Below are positions 34,441 to 45,954 of a DNA stretch of 64,000 nucleotides, one piece after another. A model generated the notes under the pieces. The model had not been told where the DNA came from. It searched no databases and saw nothing but the letters and a program-made list of their open reading frames with translations. Position 1 is the first letter of the stretch, and every line of letters starts with the position of its first letter. This DNA comes from Emiliania huxleyi CCMP1516 (lineage: Eukaryota), in assembly GCF_000372725.1 (NCBI RefSeq), contig NW_005201192.1, positions 682,001 to 746,000 on the forward strand. Reading direction: 5' to 3'. Made by a program: the position numbers and the translations under genes.

Positions 34441-37400
34441 TCAGCGCGATTTCTTGCGCGGCTTGTCCCCTCTCCCTTTGTCCTTGGCCTTGCCGCCGCC
34501 GCCGAGCTTGCGCTTTTTCGCCTCGCCCTCCTTGGAGGAGCGCACGCTCAGCACGCCCGTGACGGGGCCGCCCCTGCCGGCCAGCGCCTCCTCCCAGTCC
34601 TCCTCTGTGCCCTTGATCTCGTAGCGCGCGAGCGCGCCGTCCTCGAGCCACTCCTGCTGCTTGCGCGCCGCCTCGTCCTGCATCTTGGGCGAGCGAGGCG
34701 TCGCGCACGTAGTAGGAGTGGCTCGAGGACGGCGCGCTCGCGAGCGGCTGCACGTGGGCCGACGCGTCGCCCGCCGCCGACGGGCCGGGAAGGGACGCCT
34801 CCTCCGCCTTGGCCGCCTCCGCCTGCAGCGGTGCCACCAGCTTGCGCATCATCTTGTTGAAGAGCGNNNNNNNNNNNNNNNNNNNNNNNNNNNNNNNNNN
34901 NNNNNNNNNNNNNNNNNNNNNNNNNNNNNNNNNNNNNNNNNNNNNNNNNNNNNNNNNNNNNNNNNNGGCGGGGCGGCGGTCGCCTTGCAGTCCGACGCCG
35001 ACGAGGATCGCGGCCTGCACCGACGAGAGCGGCGTGAGGAGCGCGCCGCTGAAGCGCAGCCGCGCGAGCAGCGGCACGAGGTCGAGCACGAGGTGGTGGT
35101 CGACGAGGGAGCGCGAGTACGACGAGAGCCGCTTGAGGTCGTACGCGCCGAGCACGAACTCGAGCTGCTCCGCCGTCGGCGCGCGCGCCTCTGCGGGCTG
35201 CAGCGTCGGGTCGAGCAGCGAGAGGGCGAGCGCGGTGGGCATCTCGCGCAGCGCGCCGCCGAGCAGCGCGCTCAGCCGGCGCCGGAAGTCGCCGACGTAC
35301 AGCGGCAGCCAGTCGGCGGCGGCGAGGGTCGACATCTCGCGCTGCGAGCCGTCGAGCGCCTTGAGGACGATGGCGGTGTGCTCGCCCGTCACCTCGTTCT
35401 TGGTCTGGCGCAGGTAGACGGGCCGGAAGCCGCCCTTGTGCCAGAAGCCGTACAGCGGCGCCGTGATGCCGAACGAGGCGCCGAGCCAGTGGAGCGGCTC
35501 GGGCGGCCGCTGCTCGAGCGTGAGCAGCAGGGGCGGCAGCTTCGCGCGCGGCGCGATCGTCTCGTGCAGCAGTCCGCCCGCGGTGGCGCCGTCGGCGCCT
35601 GCGCCTCCCGCGGCCGCGCGCGGCGCAGCCGCCGCGGGCGGCTTGAGGGGCCGCACGTCGCCCTGGTAGTAGTGGGTGAGCAGGTCGAGGGCGCGCGAGC
35701 CGTAGCCCATCCGGGCGAGGTCGGGGTGGACCGCCACCCGCACGACCCGCGCGCCCGAGAGCGAGGCGAACTCTGGCTCCTGGAACTGCTGCGAGACGGT
35801 CCACGCGATGAGGTCGCCCGACGGCGTCTCTCCGCGCGCCATCGAGCGGCGGACCGACTCGTGCGAGATGTCGCCCTCGAGGCAGATCTGCACCACGGCG
35901 AGGATGTCGGGCAGGCGCTTGGCGTCCACGTCCACCTGTGTGTGGGGAGGGGCTCGAGAGGGCTCAGAGGGAAGGGTCCGAGGAGGTCGGGCAGCCGCTT
36001 GTCATCGTCGACCGGCCCGAGCAGCACGAAGGCCTGGTGGGCGGGCGCGTCCGAGAGGAGCTGCAGGTCGTTGGGCGTGTTCTTGTAGTGCGACGAGACG
36101 CAGAGCGCGAGCATGCGCTGCAGGAAAGCCTCCGACGCAGAATGGTACGAGAAGAGCGCGTCGCGGTCGACCCAGTACAGCTCGCACTCGGACGGGTGCG
36201 GCGTCGAGCGCACGGGCGGCAGACTGGTCGTCGCGTCGAGGCAAAGCAGCCCGTGCAGCCAGCGCTCGACGGGGTCGCCCTGCGCGTACCGGATCGGCTC
36301 CTCGAGGCTGACCTGCGGCGGGCAGTGGCACCGGCAAGCTGTGATGCCTGCAGGAAAAAGGGGACCGGGCGCCGCGCAGCCCCTCTCCGCCCCTCTCCGC
36401 CCCTCTCCACCCCTCGCCCCCCCCCCCACACACCCACCCACCCTCCCCCCCGGAGCCACGCGCCTCGCGCAGTGTGCGGCCGCCGAGCGCCGGGTCCTCG
36501 GCCAGGGCCGAGGCGCTGCCGCCGGCCGCCTCGCCGCCGGCCTGCGCCTTTGCGCGCAGCTGCTGGATGAGCTTGAGGGAGAGGGCGCGGCCGGTGCCCT
36601 CGTACCCGTTGACGGTGGAGGCCATGTAGACGAGGTACGGGCCGAGCAGCGCCCGCACCTGCGGCAGCGGGATGGCGGCTGCCTCGTCGATGACGAGCAG
36701 CTCCGCCTGCGAGAGCAGCGCCGCGTCGCTGGGCAGGATGTACTGGATGGTCTGCCGGTGCGCGCGGAAGATGTTGATCCGCNNNNNNNNNNNNNNNNNN
36801 NNNNNNNNNNNNNNNNNNNNNNNNNNNNNNNNNNNNNNNNNNNNNNNNNNNNNNNNNNNNNNNNNNNNNNNNNNNNNNNNNNTACGAGGCCGTATGCTTG
36901 AGCTCTGGGTTGGTCGACTCAACCTGCGTCGGCGGGAGGGGCGTCGGATGAAGCGGGCTCGACCTCGCTCGACCTGGAGGCGGCTCCGGGTGGGGGAGAG
37001 AGACAGGGAGTGGGCGAGGGGCGGCTCGCAATGGCACACGACGGAGAGACGGTTCGGCGAGCCCGGTCTCTTGGCGCATCTCGGCTGCATCTCGGCTGCA
37101 TCTCGGCTACAGGTCGCACGATGGAGAAGTCGGCGTGCTCCTTGTACTCGAGCGCGTCGAAGCCCTTGAGCACAAACTCGAAGAGCGTGCGCAAGTTCTC
37201 GGGCGAGGGCGCCGTCACGAAGATGTTTGCGTAGCCGTACGCGACGGCGGCCGCGAGGGAGAGGCCGAGGGCGGCCGACTTGCCGCGGCCTCGCGCCGCG
37301 GTGAGCGCCACCGTGCAGCGGAGTGACTTGTCCGCCGCCGCCTCGACGAAGGTGAGGAGCGCCTTTGCCTGGTCGACTGTCCGCACGGTCTGCACGATCG

Positions 37401-38728
37401 AGCCGACCGGCTGCGTCTCTCGCAGCGACCGCTTCAGCTCGCGCAGCTCGGGTGAGTCGCTTCCCGTTGAGCCGGCGGCGGGGCGGCCCTCGGCCGCCTC
37501 CGCCTCGTCGCCGTCGGCAGGCACGCCCTTGGAGACGGGCGTGATGGCTGCGGCGTGCGACGAGATGGGCAGGATGTTGAGCTCGTCGTCGAGCACCTAT
37601 GAATGATGAACCATGAGTCATGGGCCGTCGACCCGTGGTGCGCAGGGTGCTGAGCTCGTCGAGCACGAGGCAGGAGCGGCACGAGGCGAGAGAGAGGATG
37701 AAGCGCTCGTTGAAGCGCGGCTGCACGTCGGCGTGCGCCTGTGGTTCACACACCCTGTGGTTCACGCCTCGAGCTGTGGAGACACCCCACGCCCTGTGGC
37801 CCCGCCACGGCTGCGGCTGCGCCTCTGTGCGGAAGCGAGCGTGCGCGTCCATCGTCATCGTGTAGAGCTGGCGCAGCGAGTCCATCGACTTGAGAAGCAT
37901 CACGACGATGCCGCCGCCCTGGAGCAGGCGGGGTGGCGCGGCGGTGAGGCGGTGAGTGGGCAGGAGGAGAGGCGGGAGCCGGCAGGCGGAGAGGGGGCAG
38001 GAGGATGGGGCAGGCGGAGAGGGGGCAGGAGGATGGGGCAGGCGGAGAGGGGGCAGGAGGACAGGCTGGAGGAGGAGAGGCGGTGGGCAGGCATTCTGTG
38101 TGCGACGACGCGCAGCCGCACGCGCATCGCCGCAGCATGGCGGGCGGCGGCGCGGCCGTGGCGGAATTTCCGCTTCGGGCTTGGATGAGCACGCAGCGAA
38201 AGGGAGGCGCTGCGCCCCGTGGCTGATGCCCAGCGAGTGGCGTGCGGCTGCTTGGCTGCAGAGCGGCGGTCGTGGGTGCGAGGCTGGCGCGAAGGCGTGG
38301 CGCGCCTCGACAGTCTCGACGGTGCGGGCCAGCACGTTTGGCGTCACCGCCTCGAAGTCCTGCAGCACGAGCATGCCGAACGTGTTGCCGAGCACCCGCG
38401 TCGTCTCGCGGTAGTAGCAGTACGTGATGGACGTCGAAGAGATGAAGAGCTCAAACGGGTCGTCCTTATCCGGATCGATGAGGCCACGCGCCGCCATTTT
38501 TTTTATGTGGCGCATACGCTTCTTGCGGTGTGTGGTGAAGCCGAGCTCCTTCTTGTAGCACCAGAGGACGGACGGGCGGGCCCGAACGGCGGCCTTGGAA
38601 AGCATGTAGTGCAGGTTCACGACCTGCTCGCGTGCGCTGTCGCCGACGATGACAAAGAGGCCGCGGTGGCGCAGCGCGACGGAGTTCTCGATGAGCGTGC
38701 GGACCCGCGCGTCGACCTTCTTCCGCAT
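34441..38728 (-). CDS. NAT10: RNA cytidine acetyltransferase NAT10/Kre33 (multi-exon, two gaps)
   Basis: MRKKVDARVRTLIEN, VLWCYKKELGF, LTAARGRGKSAALG, IDEAAAIP, GYEGTGR, SSHYKNTPNDLQ, RVAVHPD..MGYGSRA. Confidence 0.97.
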
Positions 38729-38941
38729 CGTGCCCTGGCTCGTCCCTGGCTCGTGGCCGCGTCGCCCGTTGTGTGCCGCGGCAAATAAAGAATTCCGGAT
38801 GCAGGGTCCGTTGTGTTTATTTATTTATTCCAACAAACAAAGACGACGAGGTGGAAACCGTTCTTGCGTTGGCCCGCTGCGCGATTCGATGCGTTGGGGG
38901 CGTTTGGACACGTCCCAACAACCGTAACGGCGTCCTTGTGG

Positions 38942-39610
38942 ATGGGGTGCGGGGCCAGCACGCGGCGGCCGCGGCAGCCGCCGGACCTCGAGCCCGAGCG
39001 CGCGCCTCCGCCAGAGAGCCCATCCAAGGTCGACGAGATCGCCGCCGCAGCCGACCAGGGCGATCAACTGCCAAGCCCGCGGCCAAAGGCAGCTGGGCCT
39101 GGGGACGGAGCCACGGTGCAGGACGACTGGGACGACTGGGACGAGGAGGAGGCCGACGAGGCAACCGCTGAGGAGGCGGAGGTCTCGGCAGTGCGCGTGG
39201 TGCAGCCGTCGGGGGCAGTCGCCTGTGCAAAGGGCGGCGGCAGCGCCCTCCTCTGCGGCTCGGCGCTCGACTCGGCCGTCAACGCGCGGCTGTCCTGCAC
39301 CTCTTGTGGGTACCGCGTGCTGAGGCTGCCGCACTCGCGCTGGGCGCCGGACGTCGACTACTACTGGATGCGGAACTTCTGTCCCGATGGGCGGATGCCC
39401 GGCCGCTGGGACGAGGACTTGGCCAAGCTCTGTGCAAAGCTGGTCGCTGACGACGAGGCGGCCGCCTACGCCTGCGGCTGCTCCTGGCAATCGGTGGTGG
39501 GGGAAAAGGAACTGGGCGGCGCCGGTGGAACGCCAGCGATGCCGCATGGTGGTGCACGCCTCGAAAATTGTGAGGCGCAGCTTCTGAACTGGGTCGTGTC
39601 ATACTCATGA
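38942..39610 (+). CDS. CFAP418: CFAP418/C8orf37 (retinal maintenance domain) homolog
   Basis: CTSCGYRV...WAPDVDYYWMRNFCPD...KL...AYACGCSWQSV; N-terminal MGCGAS. Confidence 0.8.
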   Translation: MGCGASTRRPRQPPDLEPERAPPPESPSKVDEIAAAADQGDQLPSPRPKAAGPGDGATVQDDWDDWDEEEADEATAEEAEVSAVRVVQPSGAVACAKGGGSALLCGSALDSAVNARLSCTSCGYRVLRLPHSRWAPDVDYYWMRNFCPDGRMPGRWDEDLAKLCAKLVADDEAAAYACGCSWQSVVGEKELGGAGGTPAMPHGGARLENCEAQLLNWVVSYS

Positions 39611-40336
39611 GGCCCCTGAGCCCTGTCTCGTGACACGTGAGTCCTGTCTGTAGTCTGTACAGACATGCTGGTTGCGTCGTGTGTTTGTCTCCTGTTTGTG
39701 CGGTAGTTGAAAACCTCAGAGATCGCGCCGCCATTGTTTTGCACGTACGAGACAGGGACAGCAGCGCATGAGCGCAATACACCAGCCTGTGAGGTGTGTG
39801 ACCGGAGTGTCGGGCTCCGGGGAGAGGAGCGCAGCAGAAAGAGCCGAAACCCCCCCACAGAACGCGCCACAGAATAGTCTCTCAGCAAAGCGGCCCCGCA
39901 CAGCGGCTCAATAAGCGCTGCCCCCGATGGCTTCTTGCACAGCGTCGATGCCCGCCTCCTCCAAGCTGATCTCGCCACTCGCACTGCCCTTCTTTTCTCA
40001 TCCCTCAGGAATTCCTCCACGTGCGCATGCGGCCAGACGTGGCGTGTGCTTCCTGGCTCGAGAAGGCAGCGCCAATGTATTCTTCGCCGCTCGAATCAGA
40101 AAAGAACTTGGGGACTTGCACGATGTCGCCGACCGCCACGTAGTCTCGCAGAAGGCCTGGCCCTTGGGTAGAGATTTTTAGGCAATACAAAACAACTCTA
40201 ACACTTTGGTAACCTCTAATAAATAAATAGAGCAGACCTCTCCTGGAGAGATGGGCGACGCACGAACCCGAGGGCTCGCGTTTTTTTCTGCGGCGCTTGA
40301 AACACGAAAAAGCACCGATCGTTCTGCTTTCGTTTG

Positions 40337-41137
40337 ATGTATTGCTGCTCCAGCAAAGAACAAAACGTCCTGGAGCCGCACAGCGAGCCGCACGGCGAGC
40401 CTGGCGAACCCAGCGAGATTGGCGAGGGTCGAGAGACGGCGGATCCTGCGCCACAGCCGATTTGCAGGGCAGGAGCTCAAGAGCGGACGCCCCGCTTCCG
40501 CTCGTCTTGGGCGCCTTGCCCGCCCTCGTTCACGGACTCGCTAGGCTCCGCGCGGACGCCTCAACCCAGCTTCATCGCCGCGTCCGCGTACGAGCCGAGC
40601 TTCCTCGAGCGACTAATGGCTGGGCGGGTGTCCCGCTTCCGCTCCAGCTGGGCACCATGCCCGCCGTCATTCACGGACTCGCTCGGCTCCGAGGTCACGC
40701 CTCGTCCGAGCTTCATCGAGTCCGAGGGCTTTGATGTGCAGTACGATGAGCCGAGCTTCCTCGAGAATGCTCTCGCCAGGTGTGTGCCACCGTGCCTCCC
40801 GCGGTGTGTCGACGGCGTGGCGGAGCGGCTCTCCGCGCGCGACGCCGAGGCGGACAGGGCGCTCGAGAGGCGGGCCGGCGAGGCGTGGCAGACGCTGGCG
40901 TGCGGTCTGCTCGATCGCGAGCGCACGCAGGCAAGAGCGCCATACAAGCCCTTGCGCAGCCACGCCCAGCCGACTAACCAAGCGAGCACGGCGGACCTGC
41001 TCTCGATGCTCCCGCCGATGCGAGACGTAGCCTCGGCGGACCTCCTCAGCAGCATGCGCCTCTCCACGGTGAGAGGTAAGTGCGTGGATGAGCTCATCCA
41101 GTCGGACCCCTTTTCCACCGCCAGGGGACTGCATTGA
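40337..41137 (+). CDS. Hypothetical protein with an internal duplication of about 47 aa
   Basis: RFRSSWAPCPPSFTDSLGS..TP.PSFI...EPSFLE occurs twice. Confidence 0.55.
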   Translation: MYCCSSKEQNVLEPHSEPHGEPGEPSEIGEGRETADPAPQPICRAGAQERTPRFRSSWAPCPPSFTDSLGSARTPQPSFIAASAYEPSFLERLMAGRVSRFRSSWAPCPPSFTDSLGSEVTPRPSFIESEGFDVQYDEPSFLENALARCVPPCLPRCVDGVAERLSARDAEADRALERRAGEAWQTLACGLLDRERTQARAPYKPLRSHAQPTNQASTADLLSMLPPMRDVASADLLSSMRLSTVRGKCVDELIQSDPFSTARGLH

Positions 41138-41421
41138 CAGCTTGTGGCAGCATTGCGCGTCGCGCACGTGGCGCGCGCGGCTCTCCCCGACCCCCTCCAT
41201 TGGTGTGGTGGGAACTAAGAGGGTGGGGATAGAGTAGCTCGCCGCTCTTCGTCCTTATACTGGGTGTCGCGAGAGAGCTGCCCGTGGCGTGCTCAGAGCG
41301 GCGCCCGGCGGGCGCACGGCGCGCGCGGCGGCCGGCGCGCGCCGCCCCGCACACGCATGCGCACAACCAGCTACCTCCACGAACCACACACAACCTCAAC
41401 CAGGCGAAAGACGTTGGCCAT

Positions 41422-42548
41422 CAGTGCTCGAACTTTACCGGTATGAGACCGGTATTTGGTGATATTTTGATTAACTTTGAAGTGGTATATGGTATAGTGG
41501 TATGCGAAAAGTGGTATGCGGAGTGTTGATTAGTGTAGCGGCTGTGGGTGTGGTCCCAGGAGGCGAAGCCATGCAAAAGTGCGGGTATTACCCGGGTATA
41601 CCTGGGTTTCTGCAGGTATACCCGCAAAATACCGGGTATTTTGCCGATTTCGCCGATTTAGCTACAAAAATGCACTCGGACTCGCTTTGGTTTCCGTGAG
41701 GCAGGTGGTATCCCATACCACTTTTTGATTAGTGCAGGCCTAGGGTTTGATTAGCCAAAAACTCCCATAGGCTAGTTCCATTTCACTGTGGCACAGCTCG
41801 CGTTACAAAACCTTGATTTTGACCACATTTGCGCACTATTGTACCTCTCGGTGCCTTCCAGAGGCAGCTGCGACCCCGCCGAGTAGACGGCGTCACACAG
41901 CAGGTGGCGCGGTGTGACGCCGTCCACTCAGCGGGGTCGCAGCAGCCTCTGCGCGTCCTGGGGAGGTACATTTGTTGCGCGCCGGAGACGACTCGACGCC
42001 GCTGAGATCGGAGATCAAGCTCGGACAGGTCGCACGTCGCTCCTTTGACGCCGACGTGACTCACCCGTGCAGATCACATCAGGACACGGTCTCGACACGC
42101 TCGGTACGACGCCTGCGACCCCTCTCGGGTCAGGTGGCACGACGCTCATCGCGCCTGCCAGCGCTGCCGTGCAGGTTGCCACGACGAGGTCGAGCACGCT
42201 TCTATACGCTCGCCGAGCCTTCCTTTCCATCCCATTAGGCAGCCTGGGAACGGTGGCGGTCAGAGGCAAAGCCTACGAGGGGTGGTGGAACCACATGTCA
42301 CGGCTACTGCCGGCTCGACCCCACGATAGCCTCCGAAGGCTGACTTTGCGGCACCATCATCGGACGATGTCGACGAGTTGGGTCGCTCTCGCGGTAGCCA
42401 GATGACCTCCCATGCTAGTATCATCGGCTAGGGCCGCAGGAAGCGCGGGGGAGGGCGCTGGGAGCAACACGGAGCTCCGTTGGACGTTTTCAAGATTAGC
42501 GTGTCAGAGTGAAATGGAACTAGCCATACCGGTAAAGTTCGAGCACTG
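41422..42548. mobile_element. Non-autonomous hAT-like DNA transposon, 24-bp TIRs, 8-bp TSD
   Basis: CAGTGCTCGAACTTTACCGGTATG ... CATACCGGTAAAGTTCGAGCACTG; TTGGCCAT at 41414-41421 and 42549-42556. Confidence 0.95.
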
Positions 42549-42844
42549 TTGGCCATATGGCGAAAGGGCCGAGAGGAAAGGGCCCCTGGGGGCGCAGGTG
42601 TCGTAATATCAGCGATCAGAGTACGCTAGCTCGTCAACCACATCCCCACCCGACGAGGCCGCACGCCTCCTCCTCCTCTCTTCCCCCCCCCCCCCCGCGC
42701 GGTTCTGACACACACACGTCGACGTGGCACAGCGCACACGTGGGAGAGACGAGACCCACACACGCCCCTAATAGTAATACGATCCAAACACACCGACACA
42801 TCACACTCAAGCGCCCGCCGCCCCGCGGTAAACGATGTCGATCC

Positions 42845-43790
42845 TCACGCGCCACCCTGCCGCCGGAAGGCGGAGGCGAGCCACCCTCCCCACCCCGCGG
42901 GGGCCTGCCCCTCACTCGAGCGCACAACCATCGGCGCCCTCTCGCCGCGGCCCTGCGCCGCCTCCTCGCTGCCTGCCCCGCGCACGACGGCGAGGGGCAC
43001 CATCACGGGGGTGGCCGTCGGCGGCTCGTGCGCCTGAAGCTCGTCGCCCCTCCGGCGCAGCCTTCTCGCAACGTAGCAGAGGACGAGCCCTCCCGCGCCG
43101 GCGAGCAGGCCGAGCGCATCTGCCGCGCCGAGGGCAGAGCGNNNNNNNNNNNNNNNNNNNNNNNNNNNNNNNNNNNNNNNNNNNNNNNNNNNNNNNNNNN
43201 NNNNNNNNNNNNNNNNNNNNNNNNNNNNNNNNNNNNNNNNNCAGAGTGGGCCGAGCGTATGGGGGGATGGGAAACGGGGGGGCCTGAAGGCCACGAGCAG
43301 GGGGGGATAGATGGGCGGCGCCTGGGAGCGTGTCGCCTGGCGTTGCGCGACCGCCTCGGCGACGAGGCGCGCTGCCTCGGCGGCCGCGTTCTTATGCGCC
43401 GCGATCTCGGCCGCTCTCGCCGACATCGCACCCTCCTTAGGATCCTTCAGCTCCTTAGGCGATGCAGAGGGAGGCGGCGACGGCGATGGCGGTGGCGGTG
43501 GCGGCGACGGCGGCGGCGGGGACGGCGGCTGTGGTGTCGGTACGCCGGGTGGTGCAGGGTGGTGGTGGTGGCGGTCGTCAGCTCCGCACATATTGCAGCT
43601 GGCCGGGCAGCCCTCCGCTACTGTCATGCCTCTCAGGGATACGCTCGGCAAGTAACCGAGAACCTCCTCGAAGGTCTCCGCGCAGAGGCGATGCCGGCGG
43701 ACCTGTAGGACGCTGCTGCAGTCGAGGTGGGTTCCGCATCGCGTCGCGTTGTGGCACGGCCATGGCCCGCCGTCGTGGCAGACCTCCCGC
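42845..43790 (-). CDS. Hypothetical Cys-rich/Pro-rich single-pass membrane protein (3' part; 5' exons uncertain)
   Basis: CHDGGPWPC...CPASCNMC, poly-Pro linker, TM segment ALGLLAGAGGLVLCYVA followed by RRLRRR. Confidence 0.5.
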
Positions 43791-45268
43791 ATCCGTCCGC
43801 AAACCGTTCTCCAGCGGCGTTCGCTTTGAGAAGTCGCGGAGCTGCTGTGAAGAGTTAAATACGCGGTGGTCTCTCTGTCCCGCGTCCACCCACCCATACC
43901 GCGTTGGTGTCCAGTCCGAGCCAGCAGGGTGTTCTTCGCCTTTCTGCATGTGTGCATGTGCATGTATCAACCATCACGCGCCAAGTGGGTGGGTGGGAGG
44001 GAAGACGGAAGTGGACGGACGGGGCCCTGACTGAGCCGACCGACCTACCTAGCCGCCAAACGGACGGAATGGGGCGCCCAACGCGTGCCGGATTACTGTG
44101 CCTTCCCCGGGCACAGCCTTTCGGCTCGTGAAGGGTCGGTGCGTGTCGTGATCCCCTGGAACACCCGTCCGTACCCCGCCGCACCATCTCTCCGTCCCAC
44201 GCTCGGTTGCTCAACCTTACCACAACCGGGAGGCGGCCAGGGCTCATAGACTCGGTCGAAAGACCCCAGATTGGCATCCATGCCTCTCTGGACAGGGTGG
44301 CCCGCCACGACGACCCCTGGAATTGCGACTCGCCGCTTTCCTCCCGCTGTGATTCTGTGTGAGGGCTCTGTGTGATAGTCTCTCAAACTCCCAAAGCGAA
44401 AAGCATTTAGGAATCTTGGCCATTTGAGATCTCACGCGCTTCCTCTAGAAACTCACACCGAGCGACGGGAAGACTGAGATTTCGTGGCTGAAGTCTCGAC
44501 GAAGATTTGGGAGATCTCAAGGGCGGGACTAGAGACTGAGACCTGCCCTGGCTGAGCTGAGCCTCTGCGGTCGCAATGCAGCGCTGCGGTCGGTGCAGAG
44601 TGGCCGTGTGCGTACGGCGTCGTACGCGCACGGCCGCTCTGCCTCAGTGTCGTGCGGCTTGGGCCAACTGAGGTCGCTCTCCGACCTCGCTCGCCGAGCT
44701 CACAATCCGGCGCGAGCCGCATCGAGTGGAAGTTCGACTTCAGCTCCCGCGAGTGGATGCACTGCCTTGTCGAGTGCAAGCAGTTGGGCTCCGCCGGGAG
44801 CATGTGGTGCAACATGTTCTCTGGGCGCCAGCAGACGCGAGCGCGCAAGCGCGTGTTGAACCGGACGCTCCATAGCAACACTCAAGATACACTCCAGGGG
44901 GGTACACGTTTTTTTATTCGGGTTTCGTGGGTTATAGTGCACTATGACCGACGAAACCGAAGCGGGTTGGCCCCGGGGTGGTTTCACTGCGTCTTAGAAG
45001 ACTCAATAGAGAGATTTCCATGACTGCCGCGACGCGCGAGGCCGACGCCCGCACGGCTGGTCCCTGCAGCCTGGGGGACAGCGTCGGTGGTCCCTGCGCG
45101 AGCTGCAGCCGTCGATCCAGTAGAGTGCACACTGTGCACAACGGCGCGAGTGAGCCAGTGACGACGAGAGCGCGGCGTTACTAGCTAGACACCTCATACC
45201 AAGCGCACACGAGTGGGCGGAGTCACTGGAGCCCCGTAGTAGTCCGGAGACACACAACCTACGCTATA

Positions 45269-45654
45269 CTATAGCCAGGGCTTCCCGCGACGCATGGCTT
45301 CTAGGTCCAGCCTCCCAGTCTCCAGCTCTATCTGCGCAAATGTGTCCTTTACGCTCAGTTTCCCCAGGTCGACTGGCGTCTCCCGGCCGTCGACAAAAGT
45401 CAGCATCAGGCGCGGAGGAGCAGCGGCGTCCGTCACGCGGTTGATGGTCACCTCCATCTTCGGCACCGCCTCCCTGACGCTCTTCGCCTTGAGCTCTGCG
45501 AGGAAGCCGAGCGTCGATCCCGACGAGAATGGGTTGAAGTCGAGCCTCGCCTTGGTGATGTACCGGGCCCTGCGCACGGGCGATTGGGTCGGGACGGGCT
45601 GCAGGGTCACGGCGCGCCGCGGGCGCGTCAGGCGCGCCAGTGCTTGCCCGACAT
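45269..45654 (-). CDS. Mitochondrial ribosomal protein mL53-like (one intron near the start)
   Basis: YITKARLDFNPFS...PRLMLTFVDG; ATG at 45654, acceptor GCGCAG near 45570. Confidence 0.75.
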
Positions 45655-45954
45655 GAAAACGAGCAAAAACGAAAAAAAGAAGTTCGGTGCATAAGGAAAA
45701 ACCTCGGCTCGCGAGGTGGGGTGCTAGTATGAGACCGATCCGTCGCAGTTCTCTTGCTCCAAGCGCTTGCGCTTCGGCGGTTAGTGGTGCACTAACCTCC
45801 GAGAAACCCTCCGGGTCGCTCCTCATCGCAAACCCTGTCAGCAGAGTCCTCCTACGGGAATGTACGTAAGAGCCACATCACAACCCCCCCTCTCTTTTCT
45901 CCCAGTAAAAACACATACACTGAAAAATACAACGGCGTGCGGGCAGGTGCGACG

